A DNA stretch of 63,348 nt, the filler included. It is 12 parts of 12 records of this genome, joined end to end, with 100 filler letters (N's around TTAATTAATTAA, not from the genome) between each part and the next. Parts side by side here need not be neighbours in the genome. Positions count along the whole stretch, not along the records: positions 1 to 8,739 come from SRR15195285_2372; positions 8,840 to 12,801 come from SRR15195285_2381; 10 more parts are not named here. The stretch is one strand, 5' to 3'. Made by a program: the position numbers and the translations under genes. Under the pieces are notes generated by a model. It was not told the origin of the DNA. It saw only the letters and a program-made list of their open reading frames with translations, and ran no database searches. This document shows positions 1-11,863 of this stretch, in pieces (within the stretch, counting starts at the first letter, position 1; every line of letters starts with the position of its first letter).

Positions 1-669
1 TACGTGTGCTAACACTGCTATATTATCTACGCTGTTGCACACTAGATCTACTAGTAGCGCATATGAACTGTACCCACACACCTTGACAACGCGCGCCACC
101 GCCGCCACTCGCGCGCCGGCGTGGCGCGCGCCACCCACGCGCGCCGTCGCGCGCGTCTCAGATGATGCATGTGTTACATGCACGAGTCCTGATTTCCAGA
201 CAGTGCTCAGTCTGAAGCTTTGCAATTCTGTGAAATCCAGAATCAGAACTCAGAATCACATGGAATTTCAATAGTGATTTTTCCGAATCAAAATTTTACA
301 TCAATACGGAGAAGCAAGGTCGTACTCGAATTCGGAGGTCATCCGTTCTGAGCCAAGTCCAACTGCCACGCCGATTCCGCGTATGTCTCGCCGGCGGCGT
401 ATCTACTACGGCTGTACCGGTACAGTACTATACTGTATGTAGCTAGCGCGACGCCAACGCCTAGCTCGGGAAGGGAGCGCTCCCACCGAAACGTTGCCGC
501 GGCACGGTGAAAGACCGAACATGATCACACCTTGTTGACTAGCACAAGTTCGGCTGACATGGGTTCGCGCGCCGGCCCTCGTTGAGCTCGGCACCGGACG
601 CGTCGTCGAGTCGTCGTTCTCGGAGCTCTAGACTGAGAAATATGGCAGCGTGCGCAGAGTAGTGTCAAG

Positions 670-3600
670 ATGCCGACAGCGGCCGGCACATCGTCGCCTG
701 TCAAGAGACAGCGCACCAGCGAGACCGGTGATGTGTCACCGGGAGGACCCGCAGCAGTTGGCCGCGCACGGCCATCACGGGAGGAGCTGGTGCGCCGCAA
801 CGCCGAGCTCAAGGAGAAGCGCAAACGCATTAAGGAGGCTTCGATCGCGCCTTCTGGTAGGCCGGGCAAGCCAGGCGCCGTGCCGCCTGCCGCACCTGCT
901 GCGTCGGCCGCGGTTCAGCCACCGCCGCTGCCAGACGCACCGGTGGCACACTCTGTTCCGAAGCAGCCTGCTCCGGAGGAGGGGCTGCCACCGCCGGCCG
1001 GCAGCTCGTCCATCGAGGAGCAGGTTTCTGCGCCGCGGCGAACGGACAGCGCAGGCCTGTCCGACACACGACAGGAGCCGGAGCTGGAGCGTCTGGCAGC
1101 ATCTGGGGCCTCCAAATCAAAAATGGAGCAGGTAAAGGGACGGCTGTCTCCGCTTGCGATTCCAGACACGGACCCCGTAGGGATCACAGCTGAGTTGTCG
1201 TCTGCGGACGGCAGGCCCGAGTTGCCATCGCCATCTCTCTCCGGCACGCCAGGACCCCGCAGAGGCTCTGCTGTGGCTGTGGCACTGAGCGAGCCGGGAC
1301 GAAGCAAAGCTCCTGGCCCGCTGCTCGAGAAGCTGCACATCAAGGTACGGAAGCGGACGCAGAAAGAGAAGGGCGGTGCGGTCGGCCGCCAGTTCACCGA
1401 AATCGCCAGAAGTCACGGTCAAGATACCCTCGCCCAGTGCCTGAAATCAGGAGACGTGGTGCTTGAGGCCAGGGTAGAAGGCCAATCACTCGGTGTTTCA
1501 CCACGGTGGACAATTGAATTGCCGAAAAACGTGGAGACGATCAGGAGCATGAAGGAAGAGATTGCAAGAACGGAGGCAGAACGTTCCGACGGGGCATTGT
1601 CCATCCCAGTCGAGGAGCAGCTTTTGACGTTCAAGGGCAAGCGACTGCAGTCGGACCATCACTTGGCGGATCCTCGCTATGGCATTCAGATCGAACCTGG
1701 GTCAGTACTGAGTTTGACACAGAAAAGCCTGCTTCAGATTGCGGAGGAACACAGAATTCAGGAGGCCGAGCTCAAGACGAAGGCAAAGTCGCGGAAGTAC
1801 CTCAAGTCCCTTTTCGAAATGATCAGTGGTGTCGGCGGGCAGACTGTCACTTGGCAGCAGGTCTTTGAACACGTTGCCGGAGAGATGAATCAAGGTGTGC
1901 GTGTCGCGCTGAATCTGAAGCCTGCAGTCGACGAAGAGTACAGGAAGGAGTTGCAAAAAGTTTTCTTGTCAAATGACGATGACGATGTGGATTTTGAAGA
2001 GTTTGTTAAGTGCATGCATCAGCACTTCGGCGATTCCATCCACGGTGGTCGTACGGCAGAGGGCCCTGCTGTGGTGGCTTTGCCCCCAGCAATTGCTGCG
2101 AACCCCAGGGACCCATCGCTGAACTTATTCAAAGCCGCTTCCATGCGAAAGGCAGAAGGACGTCCGGATCCAGAGTGGCCAGACTGGAAGATAGATCACA
2201 GACCACCGTCTACGCCGAACCTCTTGCTGAACAAAGCGACCGAGCGCCCAGGCGGAATTTACGCAGAATCTGTACTTGGTGCAAACGTCGCCTGTCGGAG
2301 CGTCAGCGGCCCGGGCAGCAGCACGCCAGAGCAGGCTATGGGCGACCCGAAGCGCTGGGTGCTTGCTTGCCGAGAGCAGATCACAGATGGTGCAGATTGT
2401 CCAGATCAACTTCAGGAGGACGCGCTTCGCAGCATGAGTGTGGACGCACTGCGTGAGTTCTTCGAAACACGTGGTATTGATGTGTCAGATTGCCGTGGAG
2501 TTGCCGAGCGTGATATGCTGGTTGCCCGTGCGATCGTGCTTGTGCATCGCGATGTGGCCACTGATGACGAAGCAAAGCTGGAATGTCAGGAGACGAATGG
2601 CTCAGGAGAGAGGCCGCCACCACTTCCGATTGATCCTGCACTGCTGGTGGACAACATGGGAAAATTCGCTGGAAGAGGTAGTGCACCTGACCCACAACCC
2701 GCGGCTGCTATGCCAGAGTATGACCTGTCTGATGACGTCCCTGACGATCTTCTTCATGCGTCTTGTTTCATGTTCAAGCAATCCTCGATGATTCGCATTG
2801 CATGCCTGGAAATCGTTCAAAGTGTAGTTTTCGAGTTTGTTGTGATCTGTCTTATCGCTGGTAACTCGGTAGTGCTGGCAATGTACGACCCGCTCAACCC
2901 AGACTCAGAGCACAACGAGGACCTCGAGAATATTGGCCTGTACTTCACGGCGATCTTTGCGGTGGAGCTGGTCTTGAAAGTGATTGCGTTTGGTTTTGTT
3001 TTCGGCGACAACGCGTATTTGCGGACGCCCTGGAACGGTTTGGACTTCATTGTTGTTGCAACTGGCATGCTGGACTTCATTCCTGGCTACGAAAGTCAGT
3101 TTGGGGTATTACGAACGGTTCGGCTGCTCCGTCCGCTGAAAACCATCACGACCATAAGGAGCATGCGCGTTCTAGTCGCATCTCTTTTGAGCGCGCAGAC
3201 GATGAGGGGCATCATAAGCGTGTGCACGCTGCTTTTTTTCATGCTGGTGGTGTTTGGCATAATTGGGGTGAATTTCTTCAGTGGCGTTCTGCGTCAACAC
3301 TGTATCAACATCGACGGTCTGGACGTCCTCGACCAGATCTGCACACCAGACTCAAGTGGCCGACCATGTGATGCAGGCCAATACTGCTCGCGCGTTGATC
3401 CGTTCACTGGGTTAGAGTTCGACAATCCCGAGTTTGACCTTGTCTCGTTCGACGATTTTGCCATGGCGAGCCTCACAATCTTCACCATGTTGACTCTCGA
3501 AGGTTGGACTGATGTGATGTACAGCATTCAGGACGGTTTCTCGCCGTACTCTTGGTGCTTTTTTGTGCTGCTCATCACCATGGGATCTTTCATCGGCCTG

Positions 3601-6600
3601 AACTTGTTCCTTGCTGTGATTAGCTCCGGCTACGAGAACGTCGTAGACCAGCAGGACGAGGCGCAGGCACAGACAGATTACGCCAGAGAATGCATGTCTA
3701 TGATCACTGGGGCGGTGTATGAGTCGATCCACCGTGACGTACTGCCCACACCTGATACAGACGCGAAACAAGACAAGAAGCTGCCGATGCGACCAGGTGA
3801 CACTGTTACGCTGACAGAGGATGCAAAGAGGAAGTATTCATTAATCGGTGTGGAAATGGGCAACCTGCGTGCTGGACCAACTGGCTGGCGCACGGGCAGA
3901 ATAGTAAACTTGGGCCCAGGCAATCAGAGAGCGCGGGTGGACGTGGGTGTGCAGCCAGCGATGGCCAAAGTCAGTCGGTATTACTGGTATGAACTGTCGG
4001 AATTGCGGGTTTTGGATCAATCTGACACCATGGACGACATCGGCGATGACGATCTCGATGACAACCCACTGAAGCCATCAGACCGCGTCATACAGGAGCG
4101 CGTCAAGAATTTTTTCGAGCTCTTCGCCACTGACCCTAACGGCGGTATGGATGGAATCATTGAGCGTGATGAGTTCTCGCAAGGCCTCAAGCAGCTCAGC
4201 ACGGGGTCGGACGACAAAAGGATAGAAGACAGTGTGTATATCAAAGATGACGTTGTGCGGACGCTACTTAGGCTGCTGACGGAAGAGGGAAAACATGGCC
4301 GTGAGCTGCAGTGGCAGAAGCGGAATATCGCGTTCATGTTTGATGCCATTGACGACAGCGGCAACGGACTCATCACTCAGGGTGAATTCTACGCTCACTT
4401 TATGGACCCTGAGAAGTGGCGAATTGAAGAAGAGGAGGTGCTGACGTGGGGATCCCTGTCTAATGACAAAATGAAAGGCGCACCTGCTCGCTACGTGATG
4501 GAGCAATACTGCAAATGGCTGGTCGGCAAGAGTTGGTTTGACACGTTTGTGTCCATTGTTGTACTCTTCAACTGCATCGTGCTATCATCCGAGAGTGCTA
4601 ACATGGGTGACACTGAGAAGTCGGTTCTGGACGCCCTCAACCTGTACTGCACAATCTTCTTCGTTATGGAGATGGTGTTAAAGCTTTTCGCTCTCGGTGT
4701 ACAGGCCTATTGGTCCGACTCTTTCAATCGTTTCGACGGGTTGATCGTCACACTAAGCCTGGTGGAGCTCTCGATGCCAGGAGAGTCCGGAGGCCTTAGC
4801 GTCTTCCGAGCGCTGCGCATTCTGCGGGTGTTCAAAGTCACCAAGAGCCTCGGCGACTTCAAAAAAGTGCTCGTTACTATTTTCTCAGTCCTGCCGGAGC
4901 TGGGAAACTTCTTCGGGTTGCTTTGTCTGTTCATTTTCTTCTTTGCAGTTTTAGGCTTGCACCTGTTCGGTGGCACTTTCGGCACGCTGGAAGAATATCC
5001 TCGCGACAACTTCGATACATTCGGAACCGCTCTGCTGACAGTGTTCCAGATTCTAACAGGTGAAAATTGGAATGCAGTCATGTACAACACGATCGAGACG
5101 AACGGCTATACTTCAATTGTATATTTCATCCTGGTGGAGATAATCGGAATCTACATGCTACTGAATCTGTTCCTGTCTGTTCTTCTGCTGAAAACCATGA
5201 GCGCATTCCAGCCCGATCGTGGCGTGCGGGACGATATTCTCTACCGCGCGAAGAAGCTGAAGACCAAAACTGACCTGAGTGCATATGCAGCGCCCGAGGA
5301 CGAATTTGTGCTGGAGTCTAAGTCTTTGTTCATATTCGGCCCAACGAGTGGCATCCGCATGAAGTTGAAGGACGTTTGCGCGAATCCTGGCTTTGAGTTC
5401 TTGATTTTGATGTGCATTCTGATCAGCTCGGCCGGGCTAGCAATTGAGGAGCCTGGGGCCTCGCAGCAGGTCAAAGATCTAATCAAGACCTCAGATTACA
5501 TCTTCACGTCAATATTCACATTCGAGCTCGTCATCAAGGTCATCACCCTCGGGTTTGTACTCGGCACGCAGCATGCCTATTGCAGGAACCCGTGGAACGT
5601 CCTGGATGGATTTATTGTGGCAGCCAGCTTGGTGAGCCTGATTTTCGAGAATAACCCTCAGGTTTCGGAGCTGGGCTGGGTAAAAGGTCTTCGGGTTCTC
5701 CGGGCGCTGCGGCCGCTTCGCGTTATCAAACGCGTCCCAGAGCTTAAGATGGTCGTGAACAGCTTGTTTCGGTCGGCACCTATCATTTCAAACGTGTTAG
5801 TACTGTTGACGATGTTCTGGCTAGTTTTCGGAATTCTCGGCCTGCAGCTTTTTGGAGGCAAGCTGTACTTCTGCGACGATCCTCTCGTTGTTTCCAGAGA
5901 CGACTGCGTTGGGACGATGTGGACTGACTGCGCTGACGAGGTCTCTGGGGTTTGTGTTTCTGGTGTGCAAGAACGCGTTTGGGCTGCTCCCTCGGGCTGG
6001 GGCTTTGATACCATGCCACAGGCCGTTTTGACGCTCTTCGAAGTGTCGACTCTGGAGATGTGGCTCGACATCATGTTCTGGTCTATAGATGCACGTGGAA
6101 TCGGGAAACAGCCATTTGAGAACTACGATCAGTCTGTGGCCGTTTTTTTTGTACTGTTCATTAGCTTTGGCTCCTTTTTCCTGCTCGAAATGTTCGTTGG
6201 TGCAATCGTAACGTCCTACAACATGTTGCAAGAAGAGAGCGAAGGTGGAGCCTTCCAATCAGAAAGGCAGAAACAAGCTGTGGCGAAAATGGTCCTGCGC
6301 AAGAAGGACGATGTATTCGAAGCGACCTACGGGTTCCAAGAACCCCTCCACAAAGTTATGGTTGAAAACAGCCTTGTTGATAGCCTCATATCAGGGTGCA
6401 TTGTTTTGAACGTCCTCGTGATGGCGCTTTACTTCTACGATATGTCTGAAGAGTACGAGGGAACGCTGGACATGTTCAACGACATTTTCACTTTCATTTT
6501 TGCGACCGAGATGATTTTGAGGATGGCTGCTCTCTTGCCGGGCCGGTACTTCAAGTCTGGTGCCAACTCGTACGACTGCTTCGTGGTAATCGTAACTATG

Positions 6601-8500
6601 GGCGAGTTCATCTACAAAGCTGCAGCGGGTGGAGAGATCCCAGGCGCTGCTGTTCTTCGCGTCTTTCGGATAGCAAGGTTGTTCAAGCTCATGAACCGCA
6701 TCAAGTCTCTCATGGACCTAGTGGTCACTATTTCGACAGCAATCCCTACCCTTGTGAACGTCGGATCAGTACTGTTCCTTGCGTACTTCATTTTCGCAGT
6801 GCTCGGGATGCACCTATTCGGCACGGTCAAGCGTGGAGAGTTCTTGAACGAGCACGCAAACTTTGAGACATTTGCGAGGTCCTTGCTGACCACGTTTAGG
6901 ATGTCCACGGGAGAGAGCTGGAATGGGATCATGCATGATTGCCAAGTTGCGCCCCCGCATTGCACCCTTGGGGAGAACGGTGCCAGCGGCGACTGTGGAA
7001 ACCCGATTATTGCGCCAATTTACTTCGTACTGTTTCAGCTCATCGGCCAGTACATCATGCTCAACCTGTTCATTGCTGTAATGCTTGAGTACTATCAGCG
7101 CCAGCAGGATTCTGTCAACCCTTACGTTACCGAGGAACAAAAGGAGCAGTTCGATGACCACTGGGAGCGGTTTGTTGGTCGTGATCCAGTTCACAACGAG
7201 ATATACCCTTTGTTGCCGGCCCGTTTATTCGATGACTTCATGACATTTCTTCCGGCGCATATCGGGTGGTCTTTAAAGGAGAGACGAGAATCAGAGATGA
7301 AGCGAAAGGCGTTGCAGCAAGGTATGTCCTTTGCCCGTGGTACTCTGGCAGCATGTGCACTGCACGTCTATCTTGCCTGGCTCACTCTGAAATTTATCGC
7401 GCGTTGCCACCTCTTTGTTTTGCAGCTCCGTTACGGGATCTGCCTCTGCGTTCAATGCACACTTTGATCCCTTGGCGACTCGGAATGCCAAGAAATGCAC
7501 CTGATCGTTGGGATCGCGAACATGAAAGACAGCTGCAGGAACAGGATCGCGCGGAAGCAGCTGGGATTCCCACGAAAAGAGTCACACAAGCCGCGCTAGG
7601 TGTTTCTTGGACAGCTCGCATGTCGCACTCTATAGTCGGCGCTGCTGGAGCCTTTGTGCCAACGGCGGCGAAGCACGGCCCCTTCGATGCGCACAACGGT
7701 GACGATGAGGATGAAATTGATGCTGAGAACAGGGAGAAGGCCCGCGCACTCAAAGAACAACAGACAACGACATCTACCGTGGAGCAGCATTACTACCATA
7801 TGCATGAAGTGTGGCATTGCCTTTACAACCGGACAGAGACCAGCCACTTGCGAGACCCGGACAACGACGAATTCAAGAATGAGGATGCGCGCAAACGCCA
7901 AATCTCGCTCTTTGAGTCACTGATGCAGACCTCGCAGGTGGAGCTCTACCAGGCGGTGAACGCTGACATTGACAACGAATGCTGTGCTCGACTCCAGGTG
8001 CGCTTACGCAGGACTACGCTTGATTTTACGCTTGTAATTTGTACCTGACGTGACTTGCTGAATTGACGTCGTGGTGTTCCGCAGCCGATGGAAAAGGCAT
8101 CCATCGGAAGCATCAACCTAGTGCATGCCGAAGCAGCCAGGGTCATTCAGAGGGAGGCGCGCTCGTACCTTCACCGGCAAGCCTTGCAAAACGTGTTCGG
8201 GGGGGGGGAGCTCGCGGTGCAAAAGGGATGCACGCTCAAGCACAGAAGTCGATGAAGAACGGGGCGTACGAAGACGCCGCCAAACACCTGTTCTCAGCGT
8301 ACTCGTTGGAGGTGCAAGAAAGAGCGAAGAGGGAGGAGGAATTCGTGGAGCTTCGGCAACAGGAGAAGGTGCTGCGCGAGAAGGTGGAGGAGCTTGAGGC
8401 CGAGAGAGCCAGGCTAGTGAAAGCGGGTGGTGGCGCTAGCAAGCCGGCCACCAAGCAAGCTCTGCTGCGTGCCTCAGGCAGAAACAGTCCCGCGGCGTAG
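670..8500 (+). CDS. Four-domain voltage-gated calcium channel alpha-1-like subunit (EEEE filter) with N-terminal ubiquitin-like domain, EF-hands and C-terminal IQ motif; exons about 670-7321, 7426-7997, 8085-(8255 or 8500)
   Basis: The 2265-aa ORF has four 6-TM repeats. S4 sensors: LRTVRLLRPLK, FRALRILRVFK, LRVLRALRPLRVIKR, LRVFRIARLFK. Pore motifs: TLEGW, TGENW, TLEMW, TGESW. GT-AG introns 7322-7425 and 7998-8084 keep the frame and yield AARVIQREARSYLHRQ (IQ-like). The 3' end is ambiguous because of a G10 run at 8199-8208. Confidence 0.93.
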
Positions 8501-8739
8501 CATGAGCAGAAGCATAATGAACTGTCGAGTGTAGGTTTCCAGATGTCTGAGCCCTGCGGGTACTCGGTCAGTGCTCTGGGCTGGGTGGTTTTGAGTGAAA
8601 ACCAGAGGGTTCGGCCCCGTGGCGACACGGGGGCGAGTGAGCCGAAGCTCGGTGTCGTTGCTGCGCTTAGAACTCCTGCGAGGCCGAGCCGCCCTTGCGC
8701 CCTTTGCTTTTCGGGAGCAGGACGGTGTGGATGTTGGGC

Positions 8740-8839
8740 NNNNNNNNNNNNNNNNNNNNNNNNNNNNNNNNNNNNNNNNNNNNTTAATTAATTAANNNNN
8801 NNNNNNNNNNNNNNNNNNNNNNNNNNNNNNNNNNNNNNN
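8740..8839. other. Artificial contig-joining spacer (N44-TTAATTAATTAA-N44)
   Basis: Identical 100-nt block with stops in all six frames; 11 copies in the window. Confidence 0.99.
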
Positions 8840-8858
8840 CGGCTCAAGATCAGCAGAC

Positions 8859-9055
8859 GACAAGTGCAGAAGCAGTGCGCTGGAGAATCAGTCCAGTCGA
8901 AAGTCACAGTACGGATTTCTGCACTTGTCAAGTGCAAACCTTGATTGCCGACAGATTTCTGCACTTTTCTGCAATCTGTCGGCTTAGACAGGTCCTTACT
9001 GTCTACCTTTCCCTCAACCACTAGTCAACCTAAAGGTTGCAAATCAATTTGTAGC
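8859..9055. repeat. Cluster of short inverted repeats / hairpins
   Basis: GACAAGTGCAGAA (8859-8871) vs TTCTGCACTTGTC (8917-8929); TGCACTTG-T-CAAGTGCA (8920-8936); GCCGACAGATT (8947-8957) vs AATCTGTCGGC (8973-8983); CAACCT-AA-AGGTTG near 9026-9039. Confidence 0.75.
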
Positions 9056-9178
9056 AGTGCCCAGGATAAACCGGCGCATTCCAATGAATCTTCTGGTTTC
9101 TGATTTCCTCTTTCGACTCTGGGAACAAGCGTTTTTTGTTCGAACGGTGACATGCGTGGGTGCGATTCTCATGCCTGC

Positions 9179-9295
9179 AAAATCAAGCGCCCCCGGGCGG
9201 GTACTTCCCTTTTCAACTATTTTTTGTGCAGCCCGCATTGGAAAATCGTACCATTCTACTGTACTCTGAATTGCCGGCAATATGTATAGATATAC
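9179..9295 (+). repeat. Dispersed repeat copy 1 (core TTGGAAAATCGTACCATTCT)
   Basis: AAAATCAAGC...TGTGCAGCCCGCATTGGAAAATCGTACCATTCT aligns with the copies at 12902, 17831 and 22376-22495. Confidence 0.85.
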
Positions 9296-9446
9296 TCGTT
9301 TCCTCGTGGACTCGGTGCACCACCCGCCGGACCCGGTTTCATTCCGAATACAATCTCGTCACAGTTCCTGATAGGTGGCTCTTAATTTGCATATGAAATT
9401 ACGGTAATTTCTATGAGTATATTTATACGAGAGTGCGGACGCGCTG

Positions 9447-11453
9447 ATGGCCATGGGCGATGGGAAAGCGCACGGGATGACGGTGGAGATACCCGGCGAG
9501 GCGGGCGGCCCCCCGAAGCAGCAGCATCGGCGAGGCGACGTCAACGCCGAGGAGTACGCGCGCAACGCGCGGGTGGCCGAGGCGCTGCAGAAATGCATGA
9601 ACACGCCGAGCTCGATTTTCGCCAAGCAAGTCAGCCTGACTGGGGCGGACGTGGAGGCGTACTACACGTGCGCGATGTCCGCACACGCAGCCTCGCCGCC
9701 GTGCTTCCTCGGCCTTCTGCTGCGTATCCGCCCGTCAGTGCATGTGCGCTCTAATCTTTTCACGCGCTGCGGGCACGTAGGGAGCGGCTGGAAAAAACCA
9801 AGGCCGCGGGTGACCCAAAACTAAACGGCATGTTCGATCGGCTTGATGGCGACCTCAAGGAGGCCCTAGCGGCGATCGCAGCCTCCAGCGAGAGCCTGGA
9901 AAAGGCCCGGCAGATGGACATCGGCGAGATTCCGGTGCGATCCTCACAGAGCTGCTCGAGCCCAGCCTATGCCTCGTGCTTGCCCACGAGCGCAAGTGTG
10001 CTGACCGTGCACACGTGCTCGCGCAGGGCATTGACCGCGCAGCGGCGAAGCTCGCTCGGTTGCAACAAGCCCTCGATGGTCTTGAAAACCAGGAGCTGAT
10101 CACATCATTTGTATCTGACAAGGCGGCCCTAAAGGTTCGAGAGGGCGCCGATAGGGGCAATTTGGCCGCGTTGAAACACGTTGAGAAAGAGCGCCAGACG
10201 TGGCCTCCGTACATGGTCATGTCAAGCTGGGACTTTGCTGACTATCGTGGGAACACTGCCGTGCACTTGGCGGCCAAAAACGGGCACGCTGAGTGCTTGG
10301 ACTTTCTGCTATCGCGTGGGGCGCAATCCTCGCTGGCGAACGCACAAGGCCAGTCGGCGCTGCACATGGCGCCGGCTTACGATATTGCGAAGCTATTGCT
10401 GAAGCACAACGCCGATCCGGTTACTCTCGACCAGATGGGGCGGACACCGTATGACGTGCACAAAGCCAATCGGATGGGGGGTGCACACAGCGTCGGTGGG
10501 AAGCTTGTGGTTGATGCGTTTGAACTGGGCCACCACAAGGTCACAGGGCCCGCTGCCCGCAGCATTCTTAAGGAGCGGAGCATGAGTCTTGAAGATAAAG
10601 CAGCACGGGCGGCGGCTCAAAAGGCTAAAGAGGAAGAGGAGGAGGCGGCAAGACAGAAGGTGGAGCGGGCACGAATCGCTAGGTCGAGCTACAGCCAGGG
10701 TCTTGGCGCTCTTGTAGTCAAGGAGTTTGACTACGCCGTCCGTTTGTTCGTCACCTGCCTTGAGAACGACCCCGCCCATTCAGGAGCAATGCTGAAGCTG
10801 GCAAAGATGGCCGCCGATGGTGAAAGCAGCGCAGCAGCGGCGCTCGACAAACTGCATGCTGAGAATGAAGCTGCGGAGGCAGCTGCAGCAACTCGTGAAC
10901 TGGAGCCGGAGCCAGAACCCGAACCCGTTCTTGTGCCGTCCCCTTCGCAGCCATCGCTTGATGGTCGCGCCGCCGCACCGGTTATCGCAGGTGGTCTTGC
11001 GAAAACGCGATCAGCGCTGCACTCCGTGGAGTCGATACCAATGAGTCCAATGTCTTCAAGAGGTCGACCGACTATTTTGGTGCCGACGCCACCGACTACA
11101 GAGAGTGGGGGGTTGCCGCGCTCGACCTCAGTGCCCACAATGTCGCCAAAAGCGCCGCCCCCTGCGCCATCGGTGTGCTCGCATCCTGCTACACTTCGCA
11201 ACCGGCGCGATTGTCGCAGGTTATTTGCGCGCATGGAACGAGTCTTCTTGTACACTAATCCTTCTCGTTGGACGGTGCGCAGGGCCGGCGCACGCTTGCT
11301 GTTGCACCAGGGAGGACGGGCGCGCGGGCAGGAGCGCCTACGAATGCCCATGGGAAAAGAGTGAAACTCGGTGGCATGACAATGTTAGGATCAGGGGCGC
11401 CGAAACGTTGTCCGTCACCCAACAACCAGCGGCCACACGGCTACCAGCACTGA
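9447..11453 (+). CDS. Ankyrin-repeat protein with coiled-coil/TPR-like segment and Pro/Ser-rich tail; introns about 9668-9780, 9935-10026, 11173-11282
   Basis: Ankyrin motifs GNTAVHLAAKNGHAECLDFLLSRGA, GQSALHMA and GRTPYD. Three GT-AG introns join ORFs 9447, 9830, 9976 and 11268 in frame. Confidence 0.8.
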
Positions 11454-11863
11454 CTTCGACCGCATGTTTAGGGGTCCTTCGGAATTGCTAACGCCGCCTG
11501 CCTGCTTCCACACATGCAGGGGAAGAAGTGAGAGACGCTTTCCGAGTTGTAAGCTGGGAGAAGGCGCAAACTGCGCGCACCACACCAGCCCGCACACTAG
11601 TTGGACGGAGAGTGCAGACCACGGACGGGCAATCGCCGAAAAGAGAGATAGCACCTAGTGGAATTGGTACCAAGCTGCCACCGATCCGACGGGGTCAAGT
11701 GCATTCCTCACAGTCAGCTAGATGACGATAGTGGTAGTAAGAGGGTATGTATCGCTGTGCGAGAGCACTCAAGGATGGTGTAAAACAAAGTCGTCTTATG
11801 AGTGACAACCGGGCGGCGCCGCCGCTGACACGAAGTCGTCTGGTTGGACTGTCGTCCGTCGTA

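Noticed and set aside
7322-7467. C-terminal 48 aa of the 2265-aa ORF as a hydrophobic tail
   Set aside because: Read-through of intron 7322-7425; splicing continues the protein in another frame toward the IQ motif.
8740-8839. TTAATTAATTAA flanked by N runs, repeated 11 times, as a biological repeat or CRISPR-like array
   Set aside because: Exactly 44 N + 12 + 44 N each time with stops in six frames: an artificial contig linker.
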